This document shows positions 35,817-51,714 of a stretch of DNA of 64,000 bases, in pieces. Numbering within the stretch: the stretch's first letter is position 1; each line of letters opens with the position of its first letter. Location of the stretch: positions 3,936,001 through 4,000,000 of the forward strand of contig CM000153.2 of assembly GCA_000004695.1 (NCBI GenBank), in the 5' to 3' direction. Below the pieces are notes generated by a model. It did no database searches. It was not told the DNA's origin and saw nothing but the letters and a program-made list of their open reading frames with translations. This stretch comes from Dictyostelium discoideum (Eukaryota). Both the position numbers and the translations under genes were made by a program.

Positions 35817-36755
35817 CTATACTTTCTTAATGCAAACACCATATGGTCTAATATCTGCGTCATTTGGAGATATCCAATATTGAATATTGTCTATTTTTAT
35901 TACAGTCTTTGGATTGACTCTATTTTGAAATACTATTACATAATGACAATTATCTTTTTTAAAAGTTCTTCCATATGTTTTTGCAATGTCAATTGATGGT
36001 GTTGAGTATATACCAACCCCAAATGCAAATCCGGAACAACTTGATAGTTTATAACCTTCCATAGCAATTGGATTACAAGATTCCTCTTTTGTACCATGGT
36101 ATGAAACCAACCATTCGTTTGGACCATTACAAAATCCTAGCCAAGTTTTTCCATCAGTTTCTGTGTTATATTTATTTATATTTAATGCAAATCTCATCCA
36201 ACCACATGGGCGAGTATATACTTCACTACCACGACTATGAACAATTGAATCTTTGATGTTTGTAAAATCATAATCAAATGATGGCGAAATAAAACTATCA
36301 TTAATGAAATAAATAAAACTGGTACCACCTCCACCTCCTTTTAAACCAATTTCCATATGAATAGTTGATCCATAGGTAATGTTATAATCTGAAATTAGAT
36401 GATCATCTTCTAGTTTTTTCCCACAATAATATAATGTTTGAAATCTTACAGGTAAATCAATTTTATAACGAATTTTTCCCTTTATATTTTTTACCAATTC
36501 AGATTCTTTAACTTGAAGCCAAAATGATTCTCCATTTAATGGCTTTATTATGATATTTGTTGTTCTAATTTCTACTTGATTAATATAGTTAAAATCTGTA
36601 TTTGTTGACTGTTCATGTTGCAAAAAACGTTTGTGAAAAGATTCAACCTCTAAAGCAATAAAACTATACCCCAAATAATTTTGCTTTTCACTTTCATAAA
36701 TAACCAAATGATTATAAATTGCTGATAATCCAAGAGTTAATAAAGATTTATCCAT
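35817..36755 (-). CDS. Ubiquitin-like domain fused to a PARP-type (H-Y-variant) ADP-ribosyltransferase catalytic domain, about 312 aa; the likely start is MDKSLL at 36755
   Basis: Ubl: NIIIKPLNGESFWLQVKESELVKNIKGKIRYKIDLPVRFQTLYYCGKKLEDDHLISDYNITYGSTIHMEIGLKGG, followed by a GGGGT linker. The ART segment WLVSYHGTKEESCNPIAMEGYKLSSCSGFAFGVGIYSTPSIDIAKTYG aligns to PARP1 [50 protein letters not shown] (H-G-S/T ... G-x-G-I-Y-F/S ... S-x-x-Y). The C-terminal NIQYWISPND lacks the catalytic Glu, so a mono-ART type is inferred. Confidence 0.8.
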   Translation of the reverse strand: MDKSLLTLGLSAIYNHLVIYESEKQNYLGYSFIALEVESFHKRFLQHEQSTNTDFNYINQVEIRTTNIIIKPLNGESFWLQVKESELVKNIKGKIRYKIDLPVRFQTLYYCGKKLEDDHLISDYNITYGSTIHMEIGLKGGGGGTSFIYFINDSFISPSFDYDFTNIKDSIVHSRGSEVYTRPCGWMRFALNINKYNTETDGKTWLGFCNGPNEWLVSYHGTKEESCNPIAMEGYKLSSCSGFAFGVGIYSTPSIDIAKTYGRTFKKDNCHYVIVFQNRVNPKTVIKIDNIQYWISPNDADIRPYGVCIKKV

Positions 36756-36990
36756 TATATCAAAAAATAATGATAATAGCAATAGTAAACTAAATTAGAA
36801 AATTTTATTAATAGAATAAATTTTTTTTTTTTATAAAAAATTAGTAACCTTAAGATTTCAATACATGACTAAATTTAAATAATTAACTTAAAAGGTAATT
36901 TAAAACAATATAAATCTCTTATAATTTATAATATTAAATAAAACTATATTAAATGTAAACAACTTAAAAAAATAAAAAAAAATTTTAAAA

Positions 36991-37062
36991 TTTTAAATTG
37001 TTCAAGTCCTTTTTTGGGAATATTCTGAAAAATCGATTTTGACATTTTCATTTTATTGTCAA
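36991..37062. promoter_or_regulatory. Partial third copy of the element of about 78 bp found upstream of the pseudogene (11331-11519), here about 240 bp upstream of the intact Ubl-ART gene
   Basis: ttttaaattgttcaagtccttttttgggaata...ttttgacattt matches both ends of the 11331/11441 units. Confidence 0.4.
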
Positions 37063-37236
37063 TGAAAAATAAAGAATTATTGTAAAATCTATTAATCTCT
37101 TTAGTCTTAAAAAAAACCAATCACATTAATTAAAAAGGGAAAATTAAAATGGAATCAAAAATATATAGTTAGTCATATTATTAATTTTAATATATAGTTA
37201 ACTATTATTAATTTTATTTTAAAACATTATATAAGA

Positions 37237-39427
37237 TTACATAAATTGGAATTCATCTAAGAATGCATTTACATCACGAAGATCAGCTTTTTGAACCAAA
37301 TCTTCTCTATTCATTAATCTGAAAACCATTTTCAAATTATCCCAAATGTTTGGAGCTGGATGGATTGCAATAGCACCCAAAAATGTTGTAGCTGATTCTT
37401 GAAACATATTTAAAGAGAGGTAACTGATACCAAGATTACTACGAGCTCTAACATAGGATGGTTTATGTTCCAATGCTTTAAAGTAAGCACCCAATGCCTC
37501 TTGAGAACGATTACTATTGGCTAAAGTTGCACCAAGTTTATTCCAAAGTTGATAATCGGTTGGTGAATTTTGAAGGGCAGCTTTAAAACAATCGACAGCT
37601 TTATCATAATCATAGGACATATTGTAGAGAAGACCGAGAGCAGTTTGTACCTCTGGATCAGGGTTGCTTGGTCTTGAACGAGCAGCCTCAATAAAGAGGT
37701 TAGTTGTGAATTCATGACGTGACCAAGTGTCTAAAAATGAGTTTGGATCGACAGAACCCTTGAATTGTTTATAGAGTGCTGTATATTCGGGTGTTCTTTG
37801 TAACCATTCTTCGAGGGTATCCAATGCACGCTCCTTTTGATAATCATTTGTATGACTAACTGCCAATGCTAATCTCGCTTTACTATTGGTTGGATCGATT
37901 TGTAATGATTTGATTAAACAAGTGGTTGCTTGACTATCTTGATCATTCTCTGCATGAGCGATACCTAAATACATCCAAGCCATTGCATTCTCTGGATTTC
38001 TCTTTACTTCACTCTCCAATGCAATGATTGAATCCGATAGATGACCTTCATTAAATAATCCCATACCACGTTCTAATGTATCGCTATCTCTTGCCTCTTG
38101 AATTGAGAATTGATATTCTTGAATACGATGTTGTGGTATATGTTCATGAAAATCATTATAATCCTCTGTCCATTGATCTGCTTGTTGTTGATACTCCTCT
38201 TGTCTCTTAAAATCTGGATTGTGTACAACATCTGAACCAACAATCGATGCCTCTCCACTATTCAATTGATTCATAAACTTCATGAAATTGGATTTCTTTA
38301 ATTTTGGATCATTAATTTGTGTAATTGGACGAGTTATATCACTAATGGTTCTACGTGCAGTCTCATCCCATGCTGCTTCAACTGATCTATCCGATTCTGT
38401 CCATGCTGAATCATATGGATGAAAATCATCTCCTTTATCCCATTCCTCATCTAATTCATAATCCTCTAAATCACCATCATCAAATAACTCTTGTTGATGT
38501 TGTTCATAATCTTCATATTCTTCTGGTAAATCATTTACATATTTTTGATATTGATCATATTGACCTGTTGTTGTTGTTGTAGTTGTTGTAGTAGTAGTTG
38601 TTGTATGATGTGGTTGTGAATCCCAAACTTGATCAAAATCATCACCAACTTCAATACCTAATGAATCTAACATTCTATTTAATTGATCCTCTTCAAATTG
38701 TTCTGATTCTCCGTTTGAAAAATGTTTTAACATAATACTAGATCTATTTTTAATCTTTGATTTATCTTCAAATGTTAATGGTAAATGATTTAATGATGAT
38801 GGATGAAATAATTGCTAAAAAAAAAAAAAAAATAATAATAATAATAATAAAATAATAATATTGAAATTTTTTTTGTTTTTCTTTTTGTTAATAATTATAT
38901 ATTATATTATATTGTATTATATATAAATATTTATTTTTATATGCTTACACCAGCTCTTGTAGAATTTATAAAATCTTGAAATAAAAATTGTAAATCACTT
39001 TCAACATTTGATAATGGTAATTCTTTATGTTCTCTTGGACCATCTCTTAAATTTAAATGTCTATCCATCATTAAATGAATGTCATCCTCTTGTCCCTCAC
39101 CATCAAATATACTATCTAAATGACGTTGTTCATTATATTCCTCTTCGTGACGATATAATGAATCATAAAATTCATTCTTTCCATGATCTTCAAATTTATC
39201 CTAAATATATGTGTGTATGTATATGTTATGTATATATTATTAATAAATTATTTAAATTTTAATATTAGTATGATATCTAATAAGAAACTATTATGTGTAA
39301 TATAAATTATTATTAGTTATTGTTTACATACATGATATGATCTTTCATTTGTAAAATGTTGAACGAAATTGCCAAGTGCGTTTGGTTCAGAGCATTCTCC
39401 TTCTACTAAATCTCTGAAAACTGACAT
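37237..39427 (-). CDS. pex5: Peroxisomal targeting signal 1 receptor PEX5, about 641 aa. Three exons: 39427-39332, 39200-38949, 38814-37237.
   Basis: Exon 1 MSVFRDLVEGECSEPNALGNFVQHFTNERSYH (matches human [32 protein letters not shown]), then GTATGT...TATTTAG. Exon 2 reads DKFEDHG...FINSTRAG, then GTAAGC...TTTTTTAG. Exon 3 contains a poly-Thr run and C-terminal TPR repeats (AWMYLGIAHAENDQDSQATTCL...SLQIDPTNSKARLALAVSHTND...TALGLLYNMSYDYDKAVDCFKAAL...LWNKLGATLANSNRSQEALGAYFKALEHKPSYVRARSNLGISY). Confidence 0.88.
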
Positions 39428-40038
39428 TATATTTATAAGTGTAGTATATTTATTTTAAAATAATAAAAAATAAAATTTTAAAAAAAAAAATTGTGTGTTT
39501 TTTTATTATTTTTTTATTTTAATTTATTTTTATTTGTTTTTTATGCGTATTAAAAAAAAAAAATATATATTTAATATTTCTTTTATTTTATTTTATTTGA
39601 AATGCACTGGGAGCTGGAAAAAAATCATGTTTTTTCAAAAAAAAAAAAAAAAAGAAAACCGCCTTGTAAATCAAAAAGAAAAGGTGGTTTTATGATTTTT
39701 TTTAAAAAAGATTAAAAAAAAAAAATTAAAATTAAAATTTGAGTTAAAAAAATAAAAATTTAAATGAGTTCCCAAAAAAAAAAAAAAAAAATTAATTTAA
39801 TTAAATAAAAATAAAAATCAAGTTGGGTACCCAAATCTTGTTTGGTAGTATAAGCAAAATTAAATAAAAAAATATCCATTTTTAATTTAAATTGGGATTA
39901 CTCATCCCTCTTTAAAAAAATTAAATAAAAAAAAAAAAAAAAAAATATATAAAAAAATAAAATAAAAAAAAAAAAAAAAAAAAGAATTAACAATTTTACA
40001 GGAAATATTATTTTTCATTTTTTTTGAATTTAAAAAAT

Positions 40039-40077
<39 letters not shown>

Positions 40078-40132
40078 AGGTATCATTTCATGATTATCTT
40101 TTTAAATTATTTTATTATTATTATTTTAGGTT

Positions 40133-44036
<3,904 letters not shown>

Positions 44037-44259
44037 AAAACAAATTAAAATATTTGTATTCTCTTTTTTTAAAATATTTTTTTTAAAATTTTATTTATCT
44101 ATTTTAAAATATTATTTATTGATAACTATATTGTAAAAGAAAAAAAGAAAAAAAAAAAAAGAACGAATTTAATTGAATATTCTTAAATAAACAATTAATA
44201 AGTCTTCTATTAACAACATCAATCGATATTGGTATTACTATATTAAATAAACCTTATTA

Positions 44260-44564
44260 TTATAATTTCATAAAATTTGATAAATTTGATGGTGAAGAAG
44301 ATATAACAACCCTTCTATGAAGTATTGGTGAAAAAACTTTTGATTTAGTGTTATCACGAGAAGGTGAATACGTTGAAAACTTTTTTAAAACCTTTTTACT
44401 ATTTCCACTTATACAAAGACTATCGAATGAATCCTCTAAATCTTCATTATTAGATGGATTCTCCACATCACAATTAATAATACTATTTTTATTTTCACGT
44501 TGAACAATATTATTCATTATACTATTATTTAAATTACTTCTTCTACTTATAATTATACTATTAC

Positions 44565-44627
<63 letters not shown>

Positions 44628-45591
44628 TATTATTATTATTACTATTATTATTATTATTACTATTACAATTACTCGTACAAACTAAACTATTACATTCTTG
44701 ATAATTATTTATACATTTATGAATAACATTACTATTGTTATTACTATTATTTGTACTATATATTAAAAGTGGTGATGGAGATATTGGTGATGAAGTTGGT
44801 GATGTTGCTGTAAATTTTAAACTTGCTAATGATTCTAATAATTGATTGGTTTTAGATAAATTTGATGATGAATTATTATTATATATTTCAACCATTCTCA
44901 TTTTTCTTTCATATTCCTAAGAAGAAGAAGAAGAAGAAAAAAAAAAAATATATTAATATTCCAATTAAAAAATGAATTAAATAAATAATAAATTAAATAT
45001 ATAGATATATGTGTATACTTTTTTCTTTTGACCAATTGATATTTTATGCATTGCAATCATTCTATGTTGTGAAATGAATACACCTTGTGAACTATTATTT
45101 GATGATAAGGATAGCGAAGAATTAAAATAATTAATACCATTTGGTGGTGATGGTGGTGGCGTATATAAAGTAATTCTGTTATCACTTGATAATGTTGGTG
45201 ATGTCATTGATATTGTAGTTGTTGTTGTTGTAGTGGTAGTTATAACTATATCATTAGCTTTACTACTACTACTACTATTATTATTATTATTATTACTCGT
45301 TCTTATTATTGTTTCTTCATAATTGTTATCTATGCTATTTTTATTGTCGCAAAGACTAATACCATTTAAATTTATATTATTTATATTATTTGAATCAATG
45401 TTGTTATTGTTGTTGTTGTTATTGTTGTTAGCATCAATAGACATCGTATTCATCATCGTTGATAAATCATTGCCACCAATAAAACCTTTTGAAACAATAT
45501 CATCACTACTGATACTGTTATTTTGTTGGTTTAAATTTAATGATGTTCTAAATGTTAAAAAGTCTGGAGAGGATGATAAAGGGTCAAACAT
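44260..45591 (-). CDS. Asn/Ser/Thr-rich low-complexity hypothetical protein. Two exons: 45591-45019 and 44916-44260; the splice is inferred.
   Basis: Two consecutive minus-strand ORFs can be joined in frame by a 102-bp AT-rich intron (GTATAC...CTTCTTCTTAG). There are no recognisable domains. Confidence 0.4.
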
Positions 45592-46739
45592 TTTTTTTTT
45601 TATTTTATTATTATTATTTTTCTTTTTTTTCTTTTTTTTATAATTTTAAAAAAAAAAAATAAGATTTTATTTTTTTATTTTTTTATTTTTTTTTTTATAT
45701 AAAATATTATGTGTTATTATTATCTATTGTTTTGTTTTTGTTTTTGTTTTTATTTTTGTTTTTGTTTTTGTTTTTGTTTTTTTTTTTTTTTTTTGGTTTT
45801 TTTTTTTGGTTTTTTTTTTTGGTTTTTTTTTTTTTTTTTATATATAAAAATCAAAAGAGATATCTTTAATATTGTGTGTGTATGTGGGTGTGTGTTTGTG
45901 TGTTTGGATTAAGTTTTAATATATAATTTTTTAATAATGGATATATAAAAATTGCGAATAAGATCAAAAAAAGGTATGATTTTGTTTTTTTTTTTTTTTT
46001 TTTTTTTTTTTTTGTTAGGCGGGTATGGACGAAAAAAAAAAAAAAAATGAAAATAAAAAAAAAAAAAGGGTGGGACTTTAAAAATTTTTGTTTAGATAAT
46101 TTATATTAAAAAAAAAAATAAAAATAAAAATAAACAATAATAACAGTTATAAAAAAAAAAAAAAATAGAAACAAAGCAAAAATTGCCAACAATTGACAAA
46201 AAAAGTCAGGACAAAGAAAAAATTAAAAAAAAAAAATCAATAATTTTATATTTGTTGGGCAGTTTGCGAGCCTATTTTTGCTATTTATAAGATATTTTTT
46301 TTAAAAAAAAAAAACGTTAGTTGATATTATTTTTTTTTTATTTATTTTTTTTTTTTTTTTTCTCAAAAACCATCAAAAAAAAAAAAAACAGATTCGAAGC
46401 TTTTTTTTTTTTTTTTTTTTTGTCCATTTTTTGTTTTATTTTATTTTATTATTCTTTATAAAAAAAAAAAGAATAATAAATTGTTAATTAATATTAATAA
46501 TTATTAAATAGTTTACATTTATATTAAATATCGTATTCATTATATTTTGAAACTTATACAAAAAAATAAAAATAAAAATAAAAAATTATTAAGAAATCTC
46601 ACCCCTTTAATATTTTCAATACAAAAAAGGTAAAAAATTATAAAAAAAGTTTATTAATTCATTCAAAAAGTTGTCATTCAATTCAAACAATTCATAAATA
46701 TATTTCCTTTTTCTTTCTTGCATATTTGTTATAGGTCGT

Positions 46740-46793
<54 letters not shown>

Positions 46794-47150
46794 CCAAAAA
46801 ATCAAAGGGGGCCCCCTTGGGTTAATTTGGCAACCAAAAAAAAAAATTTTTTTTTAAATTTTTTTTTTTAAAATCCAAGGGTTTTAAAAAAAACCAGTAA
46901 AAATTTTTGGCAAAAAGCCTTTTGAATTGGGGACCCTTTTTTTTTTTTTTTTTTCCCAATTTTTTAAATTTTTCAAATTTTTTTAATTTTTTAAAAACCC
47001 CCCCCCCCTCCTTTAGGGGGAATTTTTTTAAAAAAAAAAAAAAAAATTTTTTTTTTTCGGCCAATAACAAATCAAGGAAGGTTTTTTTTTTTTTTTTTTT
47101 AAAAAAAACAAAAATTTTTTTCTTTTTTTTTTTATTTTTTAGTTTATACA
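46740..47150. other. Homopolymer-dominated segment (A, T, G, C runs such as gggggccccc and cccccccccctcc). Probably poor-quality sequence or an assembly patch.
   Basis: The composition is atypical: C/G homopolymers of 5-11 nt are almost absent elsewhere in the window. ORFs 46822-47151 and 46907-47236 are spurious. Confidence 0.5.
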
Positions 47151-47223
47151 TATGTATAAATTTTATATGGGAACTATATCAAATTTATTTTTATAACACT
47201 ATAAATATCCAACCACACTTTTA

Positions 47224-47272
<49 letters not shown>

Positions 47273-47687
47273 CAAACCACACACACCATTATCATTTTTT
47301 ATATAAATCTTTATTTGTTTTTTTATTTATTTAATTTTATTTTTTAAAATTTTATACACTTTATTTTTATTTTTGTTTTTTATTTGATTAATAGCTTATT
47401 TTTTTAATTTTTTTTTTTTTAATAAATATTATTACATAGCGTACAATAAAAACGATAAAAACTATTAAAATAATAATAATAAATAATAATAATAATACTA
47501 ATAAAAAAAACAATATTATTTAAACTTAAATTTTATTAGAAACAATAGCATAAACCTTTTGTATTATATAATTTTAGTAACAACAAATCAAACAATAAAA
47601 TATCAAAATCAAAATAAAAAAAGAAAAAACAGTTGTAATAATAAATAATATTGGTAATAATAGTAGAAATAATAATAAAAATTAGAA

Positions 47688-48515
47688 ATGGCAACAGATA
47701 ATGAAACATTAAATGATGTTTTAGGATACATTACAGATGTTTTATTATGTCTTTCAATTGTTGGTTCATTCTTTACAATTTTCACATTTATGATATTTCT
47801 TTTTCTTTTTCTTTTTCTCTCTCCCCTAATTATAGTTACTAATAGGCAATTCATTATAAAATATTAATAATAATAATAATTATATAGGTTATTTACAATC
47901 AGATTTACCAGTTTTCCTTGGTTTCTTTGTACCAGGTTTATTAACAGTTTGTGCAAATGCAGTAATTTTCTTCTTTATTGCAAGAGAAATTCATGATACT
48001 TTAAAGAATGCCCCAAGAACAGACAAAAAAGAAAAATCAAAAGAATTTAGAGTTTACTTTTCAATCTTTGTTTCAATTGGTTTATCATGGATCTTTGGTT
48101 TTATTATGACTTTCTTTAGTAGTGCCAGTGTTTTAGGTTATATCTTTTTAATTTTATTCTCTGTTACAACACCATTACAAGTAATTATCATTTATAAAAA
48201 AAAAAAAAAAAAAAAGAAAACAAAAAAGAAAACAAAACAAAACTAAATTAACACACTTGAAATTATTTTTATTATTTATAGGGTTTCTTAATTTTTATTT
48301 CATATTGTATAAATGATAAAGTTTTAGCAACTTATGCAAGAGGTTTCAGATCAATTGGTATTCCAATTTTCAACAGATGGGTCAATATTGATGATAGCAC
48401 CAAAAGAGGTAATACTTCTACAACTGGTTCTAATACTTCAACTGATAAGAGTGACAGATCTGAAAATATTTCATCTGATTCATCAATCTCTATCAAAGCA
48501 CCAAGAAATAATTAA
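47688..48515 (+). pseudogene. Internally deleted paralog of the downstream family-2 GPCR: TM1, then directly ECL2/TM5-TM7 and the tail
   Basis: 47688-47800 encodes MATDNETLNDVLGYITDVLLCLSIVGSFFTIFTFMIF (compare MPSQLLNTVLSYLTDILLSLSIVGSFLTIFTFML in the downstream gene). It then reads through CT-rich sequence to a stop. 47888-48180 and 48282-48515 encode YLQSDLPVFLGFFVPGLLTVCANAVIFF...EFRVYFSIFVSIGLSWIFGF...TPLQ|GFLIFISYCINDKVLATYARGF..., colinear with TM5-7 of 49122-50208. No phase-compatible splice links the first segment to the second. Confidence 0.5.
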
Positions 48516-48681
48516 ATTTGATTAGTTTGTTTATTAGAAGAAGAAAAAAAAAAAAAAAAAAAAACAAAAAAAAAAAAAAAAAAACCAAAAAAAAAAAAAA
48601 AAAAAACAAAATATAATATAATATAATATAATATATACACAAAATTTAAATCGATTTTTTAAAAAATAAATAAAATGTACC

Positions 48682-48718
<37 letters not shown>

Positions 48719-49121
48719 TAAATAATTTTATAATTAAATTATTTAATTGTTTTTTATTTTTTTTTATTCATTTTTTTTATTTTTTTTATTTTTTTTGTGA
48801 AAATATATATAATAGTAATAATTAGATTAATAGCAAAGATATACTAACACAAACACACATTCAAAAAAGAAACACCTTTTTGATTTTTTTTATTTTTTTT
48901 TTTTTTATTTATTTATTTTTATTTAATTAATTTTTTTTTTCATTAAAACAATTATAGATTTATATTTATATCACCACATCATACATCAAAATAATAATAA
49001 TAATACACACCCTTTTATTATTTAAAAGTTAAAAAAATCACTCTAAAATTAGAATTATAGTTTTATAAAAATTATAATCAAATATAATATTAGGTGAATT
49101 AAAAAAAATAAATAAATAAAA

Positions 49122-49598
49122 ATGCCATCACAATTATTAAATACAGTTTTATCATATTTAACTGATATATTATTAAGTTTATCAATAGTTGGGTCATTTT
49201 TAACAATATTTACATTTATGCTTTACCCAAAATTAAGGTCATATCCAATAAAATTGATAATATATTTATGTATGTCAATTGTGTTTTCATTATTCTTTTT
49301 TGAGATATCATTCAGGTCATCAAATTCGTTATTTTGTATACCAGCAGCAATTTTGGTTCATTACTTTTTTTTAGCAAATTTCTTTTGGACATTTTCAGTT
49401 TCTTTCAATTTCTTTCAAATGATTGTTAAAAGGAATAGAGATTCTGAATTTTATGAAAGATATTATCATTTAATTTCATGGGGAATTCCATTTATAATTA
49501 TAATTTTTTGTGCAGCATTTAAAAAATATGTTGATAGAGGTGGATTGTAAGTTAAATAATTAAAATTGGAAAAAAAAATTAATATTAAAATAATATTA

Positions 49599-49635
<37 letters not shown>

Positions 49636-50208
49636 TTGTTATTTAGAAGATCAATACTCTGTTTATTTTGGATTTTTCATGTAAATATTAAATATTTTAT
49701 TATTATCTTTTTTTTTTTTCTAAAATTTGTTTTTATTTTTTTATTTTTAAAAAAAAGGCCAGGAGTAATTATTGTTTGTTCAAATATATGTATTTATGTA
49801 TTTGTTGCAAAAGAAATTTATAAAACTTTAAGACATACACCAACACAAAAACGTCAAACGGTTAAAGAATTTAGAGTTTATTTTTCAATTTTTGTATCAA
49901 TTGGAAGTTCATGGATTTTTGGATTTATTTATATGTTTTCAGATTCAAATTCAATTATTGGATATATATTTTTAATTTTATTTTCAATTTCAACATCATT
50001 ACAAGGATTTTTTATTTTTATTTCATATTGTTTAAATTATAAAGTTTTTGCTCATTATTCAAGATCTTTCACACAATATGGGGTTTCATTCTTTAAAAGA
50101 TGGGAAAATTTGGATGGTGAAACAACACAATCTGGTCCAACTGGTACAACTGATTCATCATCAACAATGACTTCAACAACAACAACAACAAATGTTTATT
50201 CTGCATAA
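49122..50208 (+). CDS. Family-2 (secretin/adhesion-like) 7TM receptor, LrlA-like, about 306 aa. Three exons: 49122-49546, 49636-49680, 49758-50208.
   Basis: Seven hydrophobic helices. GWGxP motif in TM4 (ISWGIPFIIIIF). ECL2 Cys (CYLEDQYSVYFGFFMPG) is encoded by a 45-nt micro-exon. TM7 has FQGxF (SLQGFFIFISY). Introns are GTAAGT...TTTAG and GTAAAT...AAAAAAG. The C-terminal tail is Ser/Thr-rich. Confidence 0.75.
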
Positions 50209-50272
50209 ATTTTTTTAAAAAAAAAATAAATAATAAATAATTATAACCATTTTTTTTATTTTTATTTTTTAT

Positions 50273-51355
50273 TTATTTAAGTAATATACACCAATCAATA
50301 TTTGGATGAATTGTTTTTGAATCATTTGAAGTTGAAATAGACATATGACCAGAAAAGAATTCTGTATCATATTCTGTACCATTATCATCGATTAAGACTG
50401 GAACAGAGAGGAAACCTTTTGGAACTTCATTAGTATCAACAAATATCCATTCTGTTGTTAAATTTCCACAAATACCTCTATCGTATTTTTCTTTATTATT
50501 GCCTACCCATTTACCATTGTTATTGAATACACAAAATGCAGTGATCCAACCTGATAAATATCTTGGACCAGAACCACCACCTACTACATGAACAATACAA
50601 TTCCACCAGCATGTATCAGGGTTACCATTAACAGAATCAATTATATTATCAATGATTGGATGAAGTAATTCAGTCCAAGAGTTCATACAATTTCCATCTG
50701 GATTACCATCGAAATCAAATTCTTTTAATTTTTCAATTCTATTTTTAATATCGATCCAATCATTAATTGTACCTAAAACTGTAACCTCTGGTAAAGAACA
50801 TCTTAGTGACATTTTATATTCAAAGAAATTTTTAACTGATGCCATCAATGCAATTGAAGCTGCCATTGTATCATTTGGAGTTGATGTTGTGAATGGTTTA
50901 TTAGCCCATTCTCTAATTGATGGATCTTTAATATTCTTTTCAATTTGTTTTGTCATTAAATTTGTAAGTTGTTCATAGTTTGCTGTCATTAATGTACCAC
51001 CACCAACTACTTCTAATTGTTTCTTTCCTTCGAAATCAACTATCTTGTTTCTTAACTTTTCAGAGTTTTCATTCAAATATAATGAAAATTGTACTAAAAT
51101 TGCAATCCAAACATCATCAGGTTTAATTGTTAAACCATGATGATTATTATATGCTTGAAGGGATGATAAAATAAAAGAATTTCCTCCAACACTTTTTGAA
51201 ATTCCTTCTTTAATACTTGTTCTTACTATTTTTCTCTCTTTTGGTTGAGTTTTAATAAAACTCATTGATGGATCTAAATATAATTGTTTATGATCAAAAT
51301 CCTTTCCTTTAAATTCATTAAATTCTACATCTGAAACCTTAAATGTTATTGACAT
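50273..51355 (-). CDS. Conserved hypothetical soluble protein, 360 aa, possibly of the DUF4419 type
   Basis: Single ORF with non-repetitive composition (…HHGLTIKPDDVWIAILVQFSLYLNENSEKLRNKIVDF…DTCWWNCIVHVVGGGSGPRYLSGWITAFCVF…). I cannot verify the domain family without a search. Confidence 0.6.
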   Translation of the reverse strand: MSITFKVSDVEFNEFKGKDFDHKQLYLDPSMSFIKTQPKERKIVRTSIKEGISKSVGGNSFILSSLQAYNNHHGLTIKPDDVWIAILVQFSLYLNENSEKLRNKIVDFEGKKQLEVVGGGTLMTANYEQLTNLMTKQIEKNIKDPSIREWANKPFTTSTPNDTMAASIALMASVKNFFEYKMSLRCSLPEVTVLGTINDWIDIKNRIEKLKEFDFDGNPDGNCMNSWTELLHPIIDNIIDSVNGNPDTCWWNCIVHVVGGGSGPRYLSGWITAFCVFNNNGKWVGNNKEKYDRGICGNLTTEWIFVDTNEVPKGFLSVPVLIDDNGTEYDTEFFSGHMSISTSNDSKTIHPNIDWCILLK

Positions 51356-51714
51356 TTTCTTTTTTATATTTTTCTTTTTTTTTTTAAAAATAATAAAAGA
51401 AAAAAAAAAAAAAAAATATAAATATTAAAATTTTTAAAAAAAAAAAAAAATATCTTGTTCAATGAATCAAAACAGTACCAATTAAAAAATAAATATTAAA
51501 AACTTTTTTCAAATAAAAAAAAATATCTTTCTTTTTTTTTTTCTATTTTTGTACAAATTTCTTTTATTATCATTATTATTAAAAATTAATATCTAAACCT
51601 AATAAAGATTTTACAATTTCTAATTAATTAATTAAAACAGTATTAAAAAAAAAAAAAAAAAAAAAATAAAAAAAAACTTTTTTTTTTTCTATTTTTATAC
51701 AAATTTCTTTATTA

